Both the position numbers and the translations under genes were made by a program. The notes under the pieces are model-generated. The model searched no databases. It had not been told where the DNA came from and saw only the letters and a list, made by a program, of their open reading frames with translations. From assembly GCA_021325025.1 (NCBI GenBank), contig JAJPHZ010000022.1, positions 74,646 to 138,645 of the forward strand: a stretch of DNA of 64,000 nucleotides. The letters are read 5' to 3'. Origin of the DNA: Pseudomonadota bacterium. GTDB lineage: Bacteria; Desulfobacterota; Binatia; Binatales; Binataceae. Positions 56,513 through 64,000 of this stretch are shown here, in pieces; within the stretch, counting starts at the first letter, position 1, and each line of letters opens with the position of its first letter.

Positions 56513-57400
56513 ATGGCGCGTAAACCGAATTTCTTCATAATTGGCGCTCCCAAGTGCGGCACGACTTCTCTGGCTACCTATCTCCGTGAACACCCAAAAA
56601 TATTCTTCCCGGCTCGAAAGGAACTGCTCTTTTTCAACACCGATATGGCGTCCCGGGCGGTCCGGTCCGAGGCCGATTACTATGGATATTTCAGTGATGC
56701 CCAGCCGCAGCATATTGCAGTCGGTGAAGGCTCAGTAACGTATCTATATTCCGACGCAGCGGTACCCAATATCCTGAAAGCAATTCCCGACGCCAAGTTT
56801 ATCGTGATGGCGCGCAATCCGATCGACATGGCGGTCTCCTTGCACGCGCAGCTTCACCGCCAGGGAGACGAAAATTTGAAAGACTTCGCGACCGCCTGGC
56901 ATGTGCAGGAAAAGAGAAAAAAGGGAAAGCGGATTCCGCCGCTTTGCACCGATCCGAGCCTTTTACTGTATGGCAATGTCTGCAGCGTCGGATGGCAGTT
57001 GAAGCGGCTTTACACTAGAGTTGCCCGGCACCGTGTGCTCGTCCTCTTCCAAGACGACCTCAAGCGCGACACCAGGTCGGTGTATCTGCAGACACTGGAG
57101 TTTCTTGGCGTGCCGGACGACGGCCGAACGGCCTTCGGCGTCCACAATACTCGCCAGCCCCGGCTCCGCTCGCAACTTTTTCAGGCCGTACTCCGCTCCA
57201 TCGGCGTTCTAAAACTGAGACTGGGTGTGAAACGTTCATTCCGCATCCTGCCTCTGATCGAGCGACTCAATGTTACGTCCGTCCGAGAGAGCGTGATCGA
57301 CCGGGAATTCAAGGTGGAGTTGGCGCAATACTTCCGCAACGACGTGGAAGAGATGTCCACCCTTGTAGACCGTGATCTGTCAGCGTGGCTGCGAGTCTGA
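56513..57400 (+). CDS. PAPS-dependent sulfotransferase (carbohydrate sulfotransferase-like)
   Basis: 5'-PSB motif FFIIGAPKCGTTSL at the N-terminus. A 3'-PB-like region (RNPIDMAVSLHAQ). Confidence 0.8.
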   Translation: MARKPNFFIIGAPKCGTTSLATYLREHPKIFFPARKELLFFNTDMASRAVRSEADYYGYFSDAQPQHIAVGEGSVTYLYSDAAVPNILKAIPDAKFIVMARNPIDMAVSLHAQLHRQGDENLKDFATAWHVQEKRKKGKRIPPLCTDPSLLLYGNVCSVGWQLKRLYTRVARHRVLVLFQDDLKRDTRSVYLQTLEFLGVPDDGRTAFGVHNTRQPRLRSQLFQAVLRSIGVLKLRLGVKRSFRILPLIERLNVTSVRESVIDREFKVELAQYFRNDVEEMSTLVDRDLSAWLRV

Positions 57401-57526
57401 CGCGGACGGTTGCACGGGTCGAAATGCCGCCGGAATCGGGCGGCGTGTACGCGGGCGCCAATAGCGGGCACGCCGCGCAAGTCCATGCGCAATGCCGCGT
57501 TTGTGCACTGAAGCGTGGGGCGTTAG

Positions 57527-58945
57527 ATGAGTGTCCAATTCGTTATTTATGGCGCAATCGTGCTGGTCGCCTCGCTGATCGCCTTGATCGTGGTCAAGCC
57601 GCGCAATGCGTTCGACCTCAGCCGCTGCGTGGGCTGGTACATCCTGCTCTTTGCGACGACCTATGTGGTGCGGCCGGCATTGTCGGAGTTGGTCGGCGAC
57701 TATTCGATGTACCAGTGGTTGCAAGCCGGCTATCTCGAGGATCACTGGGAACTAATGGCGGTCGCCGGCTCGCTGGCGATTGTCTGCTTCGGAATCGGCT
57801 ATGCATCAGGGCGCCCATCGCGCCGGCTCGCGGCCGTCGCCGAAAATCCGGCGCCAGAGCCGACAGTAAATCCGCGTCTGGTCCGAAGACTTATTGTTTG
57901 TCTTCTCTTCATTGGCTACCTGTCCGCATTGTTTGTTCTAAAATACGGCGGCGGGGACGAAACGCTTCACGCCAGGACTGCCACGATGGGGACCTACGAG
58001 CACGGCACGGCCTGGTTCTCGCAGGATGATCTGCTTATTTCGTGCGCCACGGTCCTTTACTATATAGCGACCGGACGTCTTGGCATAAGTCTCTTGCTAG
58101 CCGGTCCATGGCTTGGGTTAAGAGTACTAAGCGGGTGGGGCAGGACGAACCTGATTGGGCACTTTTTTGCGCTGATGTCCGTGTATTTTCTCAAGCGCCG
58201 CAAGAGGGAACGTGTTGCCGGGAAAACTCGTCAGGCTCTTGTCATCGGTTGCGGGGTTGTGTCGGTGCTTGTTCTGTTTCCGTTGATGGGGATGCTGCGG
58301 GGTTTGAGAAGTGAGTTGGGTGGCAGCGCAAAGGATGCCATCATGATGGTACGATCGACCACCGATCCGGGAGACGTGGCGCAGACCTATTTCGGCACCA
58401 ACAGCCCGGTCTCCGGATTTGAACTGACGCTGTCGCATCTGGTTAACGACAAACGTTCCGAACTGGGTACACAGTATCTATACTATTTTTTCTTCCAGCC
58501 AATCCCGCGCATTATCTGGCCTGGCAAAGGCAGCCCATACAGTTGGCCGGAAAAGCTGCGGGGCATCGAGGTCGACCCCTTATTGGGAATAATCGGTGCT
58601 GCTCCGGGCTCGATCGGGATGGCATTCGAGCAATGGGGCTGGCTCGGGATTCCGCTGGAATTCATCCTTACCGGGCTGATAATTCGCAGGTGGGAGGAAG
58701 CCGCACGCCGGCGCCCGAAGGCGCTTCATGTGCAGTTAAGTTATGCAGGACTTTGCAGCCTCGTGCCGCAGCTCGGTCGAGACAGTTTATTTTATATGAT
58801 CTCGCAGTTCTGGCTGTTTAAGTTCGGCATCGCAGTTTTCATCCTGTGGATTATGTACCGAAGTGAGCTCGCACGAAGCGGATTGCGAACGACTTCAGCA
58901 CGTGTGTTTCCGGTGCCGCCGGCCCCAGCCGCTGCCAAGGCGTAG
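57527..58945 (+). CDS. Wzy-type oligosaccharide repeat-unit polymerase (membrane protein), second copy
   Basis: 472 aa, about 10-12 TM helices with a large central loop. No conserved enzymatic motif; it sits between the wzx and GT genes. Confidence 0.6.
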   Translation: MSVQFVIYGAIVLVASLIALIVVKPRNAFDLSRCVGWYILLFATTYVVRPALSELVGDYSMYQWLQAGYLEDHWELMAVAGSLAIVCFGIGYASGRPSRRLAAVAENPAPEPTVNPRLVRRLIVCLLFIGYLSALFVLKYGGGDETLHARTATMGTYEHGTAWFSQDDLLISCATVLYYIATGRLGISLLLAGPWLGLRVLSGWGRTNLIGHFFALMSVYFLKRRKRERVAGKTRQALVIGCGVVSVLVLFPLMGMLRGLRSELGGSAKDAIMMVRSTTDPGDVAQTYFGTNSPVSGFELTLSHLVNDKRSELGTQYLYYFFFQPIPRIIWPGKGSPYSWPEKLRGIEVDPLLGIIGAAPGSIGMAFEQWGWLGIPLEFILTGLIIRRWEEAARRRPKALHVQLSYAGLCSLVPQLGRDSLFYMISQFWLFKFGIAVFILWIMYRSELARSGLRTTSARVFPVPPAPAAAKA

Positions 58946-59117
58946 TGCTCAAGGCTCGAGCTGGTGACGCAAAACCAACGCCAGGCCCTCGAAGTGCGCA
59001 AAAATAGCAGTTTTTGCACCGAACCTCGACGGTGGTGCTGCGGGTCGCATCGCCGCCCGATTGGATACGCTACGGGGCAGTCCGGGCTTGCTGTGCGGTG
59101 CAAAGCTTCGGCTTTAG

Positions 59118-60356
59118 ATGATCCGTGCAAGGTCTGTGGGGGCGACAAAAGATAATAGTATTCGCACCGATATAGCTCCGGAAGCCCGGCCGGTGCCGCT
59201 GCGCGTAGCGCTGCTCGTTGCCAATTATGGAAACTACCATCTGGCAAGAGCGCGGGCGCTGACCCACATCGGGGACATCGAACCCAGCTTCATCGAGTTG
59301 GCGGCGGGAGTGAAAAGATCGCCGTGGTGGACCGGGGAGCGGGAGTTCGATCGCCGCATTATCAGGTTGAGCGATTCATCGTACGAGGAAGCGCCGATGC
59401 GGCAGTTGAGCCGCCAAGTGCTGGCAGTGCTGTCGCAGCTTGAGCCAGCCGTGGTCGTTATCGCGGGATACAGCGACCCGCCGATGCGTAGCGCGGCGCG
59501 CTGGGCGCGGCGCAACTCGCGCGGCGTGGTGCTGATGGGAGAAACCACCGAGTGGGATCTCAGGCGGCACTGGTGGAAGGAATTCCTCAAGCGGGCATGG
59601 ATAAGACGCTATGTTGACGCGGCGGTCGTCGGCGGCCAGCCCCACCGTAGCTACATCGTCAAGCTCGGCATCGATCCCAAACGCGTCTGGGATCGTTACG
59701 ACGTCGTCGATAATGAGTATTTCTCTTCGCACGCCGATGCACTACGGGCCGCGGGTTCCAAGGCGCGGATCGAGGCGGGATTGCCTGAAGATTACTTTCT
59801 GTTTGTGGGCCGCTTCGCGCCGGAAAAGGGCCTGCAGACGCTGCTGCGCGCCTATCGCCGCTATCGTCAACAGGATGTGCGCCCCTGGAGTCTGGTTCTG
59901 GTGGGCGATGGACCGCTGCGCGCCGCTCTGATGAAAGTCGAGCGCGAAGAGGGGATTGAGGGCGTGGTCTGGGCCGGCCCAAAGCTGGGAGAGGAATTGC
60001 CGCGCTTTTACGGTTTCGCGGGATGTTTCATCCTGCCCAGCATCCTCGAGCCGTGGGGCCTGGTGGTAAACGAAGCGATGGCCAGTGGACTGCCGGTAAT
60101 CGTGTCTAATCGATGCGGCAGCGCGGCGGACCTTGTCGTCCCCGGAGTTAACGGGTTTGTGTTTGATGCCGCCGACGTCGATCAACTCGGCGCGCTGATG
60201 TCGCAGATGGCGGCGAAATCACGGGAACAGCGGCACGCGATGGGCATGGCGTCCAGAAAAATCATCGCCTCATGGTCGCCGGAACGATGGGCTGCTCAGG
60301 TGGCATGTGCGGTGCGGGTCGCGGCCCGATGGGCGCCGGCCGGGCGCAACTCCTGA
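59118..60356 (+). CDS. Family 4 glycosyltransferase
   Basis: N-terminus RVALLVANYGNYH. GT4 core FLFVGRFAPEKGLQTLLRAY...LPSILEPWGLVVNEAMASGLPVIVSN...NGFVFD. Confidence 0.8.
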   Translation: MIRARSVGATKDNSIRTDIAPEARPVPLRVALLVANYGNYHLARARALTHIGDIEPSFIELAAGVKRSPWWTGEREFDRRIIRLSDSSYEEAPMRQLSRQVLAVLSQLEPAVVVIAGYSDPPMRSAARWARRNSRGVVLMGETTEWDLRRHWWKEFLKRAWIRRYVDAAVVGGQPHRSYIVKLGIDPKRVWDRYDVVDNEYFSSHADALRAAGSKARIEAGLPEDYFLFVGRFAPEKGLQTLLRAYRRYRQQDVRPWSLVLVGDGPLRAALMKVEREEGIEGVVWAGPKLGEELPRFYGFAGCFILPSILEPWGLVVNEAMASGLPVIVSNRCGSAADLVVPGVNGFVFDAADVDQLGALMSQMAAKSREQRHAMGMASRKIIASWSPERWAAQVACAVRVAARWAPAGRNS

Positions 60357-60370
60357 ACCGCCGGCGACCA

Positions 60371-61561
60371 ATGCGTGTGCTCGCGATTAGCCATTACGCG
60401 ACCTGGGGCGGCCCGATCAATCGTGCCTCTTGTCTGGCGCCGCTTCTGCGCGAACGTGGGATCGAGACTATGGTGCTCGTGCCCGCCGAGAAGGGCGATG
60501 CCCCTGAACGGTTGAACGAGGCCGGCGTAAAAACGATTCAGATGCCGCTGCATAGGATGCGCCGCACCATCCATCCCGTCGAGCATGCAAGGTATTTTAG
60601 AGCGTTCCCCGGCGAAATTCGTTCGCTGCGCAAGGTGCTGCGTGAGCACAGCGTCGACCTGGTGCAGATTTACGGGCTTAACCTGCAAGGCGGAATCGCG
60701 GGAAAACTGGAAGGGATACCGGTTGTCTGGCAACTGGTCGATGTTGGCAACCCGTTTCTGCTGCGCCGGCTGACGATGCCAATTGTGCTGCGGCTTGCCG
60801 ATGTGCTGATGACCACCGGTCGAGCGGTTGCTCAAGCGCATCCGGGCGCAACCAGTTTCAACGATCGTCTGTTCGTTTTCTTTCCACCGGTGGATCTCAA
60901 CCGTTTCAGGTCCGACGCCGCGTTGCGAGCGGCGGCGCGCCTGGAGCTCGGCGTCAGACCCGGGGAGTTGGTGATCGGAACCGTGGGCAATATCAGTCCC
61001 CAGAAAGACCATTTTACATTTGTAGAGGCGGCTGCGGCGCTGAAGAAAAGATTTGCCGCGCTGCGCTTTGTCATCCTGGGCACCACGCTGGCGACCCGGC
61101 GCGAGTTCGCCGCGCACCTTTTGCAACGCGCGCAAGAGCTGGGCTTGAGCCCGGAGCGCGATATCACGATCAGAAACCCGGGAACCAGGGTGCCTCAACT
61201 GGCCCAAGCGTTCGATATTTTCTGGCTGACGTCGCTATGGGAAGGACTTCCAACCGCTGTGGAAGAGGCAATGGCGTTGCAAATTCCCGTTGTTGCCACC
61301 GACGTTGGTTCCGTGCGCGAAGCCATCCACGACGGCGTAAATGGATGCCTCGTGCCCGCCCGCGACCCCGACGCCCTGGTTCACGCGACTCTGCCTCTAC
61401 TGCACAGTGAGCAACTCCGCAAGCGCATCGGAGCCGAAGCGTATTCATTTGCAGCCAAGCATTTTGACTCCCGAATTTGCGCGGAGGTGCATGCGCTGGC
61501 GTTCGAGCGGGCCGTCGCCAACCATAATGCCGCACATCACAACGGCTGGACGCATCCATAG
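60371..61561 (+). CDS. Family 4 glycosyltransferase
   Basis: N-terminus MRVLAISHYATWGGP. GT4 core LVIGTVGNISPQKDHFTFVEAA...LWEGLPTAVEEAMALQIPVVATDVGSVRE. Confidence 0.8.
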   Translation: MRVLAISHYATWGGPINRASCLAPLLRERGIETMVLVPAEKGDAPERLNEAGVKTIQMPLHRMRRTIHPVEHARYFRAFPGEIRSLRKVLREHSVDLVQIYGLNLQGGIAGKLEGIPVVWQLVDVGNPFLLRRLTMPIVLRLADVLMTTGRAVAQAHPGATSFNDRLFVFFPPVDLNRFRSDAALRAAARLELGVRPGELVIGTVGNISPQKDHFTFVEAAAALKKRFAALRFVILGTTLATRREFAAHLLQRAQELGLSPERDITIRNPGTRVPQLAQAFDIFWLTSLWEGLPTAVEEAMALQIPVVATDVGSVREAIHDGVNGCLVPARDPDALVHATLPLLHSEQLRKRIGAEAYSFAAKHFDSRICAEVHALAFERAVANHNAAHHNGWTHP

Positions 61562-61767
61562 CAGGGTGTTGAGAAAGTATATCTCTCCCAGAGGGACAGA
61601 AGATTAAGGAAGGAAGCCATTTTTTATGCAGGTATTGTGCACAACCTGCTTGGTGAACTCCACAATCCCGAAGTCGCATTCATTGAGCTTTCCTTTACGC
61701 GAAATTGAAGTGGCGGTGAGAGCGAGCCGCGGGAATACCTCGGGTCGCCGCCAGAGCTAGCGTTACG

Positions 61768-63678
61768 ATGTGCGGTATAGCTGGCTATCTGGGGCCGCGT
61801 CACGAGGCTTTGGGCGGCATGGCCGCCCGGATGGCACAGTGCTTGTACCATCGCGGACCTGACGACGGCGGAGAGGTAATCCTAAACGCTCGATCCGATC
61901 GGATGCTCATGTTGGTACATCGCCGCCTGGCCATAGTCGACCTGTCTGTTTTGGGGCGTCAACCGATGCACGACCCCCAGAGCGGCAACTGGCTGGTGTT
62001 CAACGGCGAAATCTACAACTTCAGGGAACTGAGGCGAGTGCTGGAGCAGCACGGCGTCGCTTTTCGTTCTCACAGCGATACGGAAGTTCTGCTCAAGGGA
62101 CTCGCCACCCGCGGTCGAGCCCTGCTGGACGAGCTGTGCGGTATGTTCGCTTTTGCCAACTGGGATGCCGCGCGCCATGAACTGATGCTCGCCGTTGATC
62201 CGTTGGGAATCAAGCCTTTGTATTACTGGCAGGGGCCTGGCGGGGAGTTCGTTTTCGCTTCGGAGCTGAGGACCATTCTTTCTACCGGCCTGATTCCGCG
62301 CCGCATCGATCCGGTTGGCCTGGAGACTTATTTGACTTTCGGCGCGGTGCAAGGACCGGGCACCATAATTGAAGGTGTGCGTGTACTTCTGCCCGGTACG
62401 TTTATGGTGATATCGGCAGACGGCGCGACCGGCACTCCTCAAGCATATTGGACGCCGCCCTTTCCCACCGCGCAATCCGAACCGGTAAGGAAGGATTTTG
62501 ACGATCAGCTGCGCGCGGTGCTGGATGAAGTGATCCAACAGCATTTGATTAGCGACGTGCCACTGGGTGCTTTTCTAAGCGGCGGAATCGACTCGAGTGC
62601 GATCGTCGCGCTGGCCAGCCCGTGCGCTTCGAGCCTGCGCACCTTTTCAGTAACCTTTGATGAGAAGGAGTTTTCCGAAGCGCCATACTCACGCCAGGTG
62701 GCGGCCGCTTTCGGCACCCAACACACGGAGCTGCGCCTGACCGAGAGCGACATGCTGAATATGCTGCCCGGCGCACTTGAGGCGCTGGATCAACCGAGCT
62801 TCGACGGCACCAACGTATACGTGATATCCAAAGCGGTACGCGAAGCGGGATTGACGGTTGCTTTGTCGGGACAAGGCGGCGACGAGGTTTTCGGTGGCTA
62901 CTCGACATTCCGCCGGGGCCCTGCTCTGCGCGCGTGGTGCAACCGGCTGAGCATGGTTCCGCGGTCTATTCGCCGTGGCGCTGCCGCGTTGTGCGCTTGT
63001 GTCCCGGTGCGAAGTGCAGCCGCCGAAAAATTGGCCGAGTCGTTCAGTGGCGAACCGAACCTGTTTGCCGCCTATTCGGTCCTGCGGCAGAACTTTCTGC
63101 CGCGCACCCGCCGCGCCCTGTTTCCCGCCGGCGCCGGATTGACCAGCGCCGAAGGATTGCCCAATGAACTGGCCGCAGAGCTGCATCAGTGCGCGGACGG
63201 ACTGGATGAGATCAATCAGGTGTCGCTGCTCGAATTACGCACCTATCTGGCCAACATGCTGTTGCGCGACGGCGACGTGATGAGCATGGCCCACGCGCTG
63301 GAAATTCGAGTGCCATTCCTCGACCGAAGGGTTGTCGAGATGGTGGCTCGGCTTTGCGGCACAGCCAAGATGAATCCCAGGCTGCCCAAGCCCTTGCTGC
63401 TCGGTGCGCTGAAGGGCGCGCTTCCGCCGGCAATCTACCGCAGACCCAAGCAGGGCTTTCATCTGCCCTGGTTCCACTGGCTGCGCAATCAGTTGCGGCC
63501 GATGGCTGAGGAAGCGCTGCATGACACTGGCACGTTCGCTTACATGGGTATCGATCCGCTGACGGTCAAACGGCTGTGGAACGATTTTCTGAGCGGACGC
63601 CCGCGGATTGGATGGGCCCGTATCTGGTCGCTGATTGTATTGCGAGAGTGGTCGCGGCGAAACCTGCTAGCTAACTGA
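61768..63678 (+). CDS. Asparagine synthetase B-type glutamine amidotransferase (WbpS-like polysaccharide amidotransferase candidate)
   Basis: MCGIAGY N-terminal nucleophile Cys, a GAT-II domain, and a PP-loop SGGIDSS. Length 636 aa. Confidence 0.85.
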   Translation: MCGIAGYLGPRHEALGGMAARMAQCLYHRGPDDGGEVILNARSDRMLMLVHRRLAIVDLSVLGRQPMHDPQSGNWLVFNGEIYNFRELRRVLEQHGVAFRSHSDTEVLLKGLATRGRALLDELCGMFAFANWDAARHELMLAVDPLGIKPLYYWQGPGGEFVFASELRTILSTGLIPRRIDPVGLETYLTFGAVQGPGTIIEGVRVLLPGTFMVISADGATGTPQAYWTPPFPTAQSEPVRKDFDDQLRAVLDEVIQQHLISDVPLGAFLSGGIDSSAIVALASPCASSLRTFSVTFDEKEFSEAPYSRQVAAAFGTQHTELRLTESDMLNMLPGALEALDQPSFDGTNVYVISKAVREAGLTVALSGQGGDEVFGGYSTFRRGPALRAWCNRLSMVPRSIRRGAAALCACVPVRSAAAEKLAESFSGEPNLFAAYSVLRQNFLPRTRRALFPAGAGLTSAEGLPNELAAELHQCADGLDEINQVSLLELRTYLANMLLRDGDVMSMAHALEIRVPFLDRRVVEMVARLCGTAKMNPRLPKPLLLGALKGALPPAIYRRPKQGFHLPWFHWLRNQLRPMAEEALHDTGTFAYMGIDPLTVKRLWNDFLSGRPRIGWARIWSLIVLREWSRRNLLAN

Positions 63679-63700
63679 AGGATTGTGCATTTACAGGAGT

Positions 63701-64000
63701 ATGCAGTCAAAGCCGCAGATGATTGTTGAATCCGCGCAGCCGGATCGCTGCGAAGACCCGAGCAGCAAAGTGAGAGGCGGCAAGACGCAGGTTGCCAGTT
63801 TCTGGAGCTCCAATCCGTGCGGGTCAGGCCTCGCCGGCGGCCTTGAGCCGGGAACGCCGGAGTTTTTCGAAGTGACAGAGGCGATACGTTATCGCCGCGA
63901 ACCGTTTGTCAGGGATTTTGCACAGTTTGAAAAGTGGAAAGGCCAATGGGTACTCGAGGTCGGCTGCGGGATGGGGGCCGACCTTTCGATGTTTGCACGT
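63701..64000 (+). CDS. Class I SAM-dependent methyltransferase, 3'-truncated at the window edge
   Basis: Motif I VLEVGCGMG appears just before the window ends. ATG at 63701. Confidence 0.5.
   Translation, partial: MQSKPQMIVESAQPDRCEDPSSKVRGGKTQVASFWSSNPCGSGLAGGLEPGTPEFFEVTEAIRYRREPFVRDFAQFEKWKGQWVLEVGCGMGADLSMFAR

Noticed and set aside
1-64000. Search for CRISPR arrays, tRNA/rRNA genes, IS elements or integrases
   Set aside because: No regularly spaced direct repeats were seen, no tRNA-like cloverleaf candidates in the non-coding gaps, and no transposase or integrase-like ORFs. The window appears to be ordinary chromosome with accessory polysaccharide islands, not a mobile element.

Overview
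High-GC (about 65-68%) bacterial chromosomal segment, coding-dense on both strands, with no rRNA/tRNA, CRISPR or obvious IS elements. It appears to contain two separate Wzx/Wzy-type surface-polysaccharide loci.

Locus A (about 0.6-13.5 kb): Wza-like exporter, Wzz/PCP, a degenerate BY-kinase-like P-loop protein, a WbpB/WbpD/WbpE-like triad predicted to make UDP-2,3-diacetamido-2,3-dideoxy-uronic acid, a small PglC-like phosphoglycosyltransferase, a Wzx flippase interrupted by an in-frame TAG, GT2 and GT4 glycosyltransferases, a Wzy polymerase with a Cys-rich C-terminal extension, and a CE4 polysaccharide deacetylase.

Locus B (about 45-64 kb): a 1301-aa multi-SLBB Wza/KpsD-like exporter fused to a roughly 450-aa Pro/Tyr/Gly-rich low-complexity N-terminus, a Wzi-like outer-membrane protein, a second Wzz, two TylF-class methyltransferases, a PAPS-type sulfotransferase, Wzx, Wzy, three GT4 enzymes, AsnB and a further methyltransferase. 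This predicts an O-methylated, sulfated, amidated polymer.

Between the loci:
- an Rrf2-YezD-OprO/P porin-TauE/SafE module with a shared upstream motif;
- an MMPL/RND transporter with a candidate sigma-54 promoter, followed by a PAS histidine kinase and NtrC-type regulator pair;
- an accessory oxidative/catabolic island (HGD-like cupin, epoxide hydrolase, PPOX-class flavoprotein, BKACE, SDRs, MFS);
- a divergent RRM RNA-binding protein / acyl-ACP desaturase pair resembling a cold-adaptation module;
- a beta-oxidation-like operon (two acyl-CoA dehydrogenases, crotonase, two hydrolases);
- a 1.15-kb AT-richer structured intergenic region upstream of locus B.

All calls rest on reading the ORF translations and the sequence directly. 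No database searches were run.
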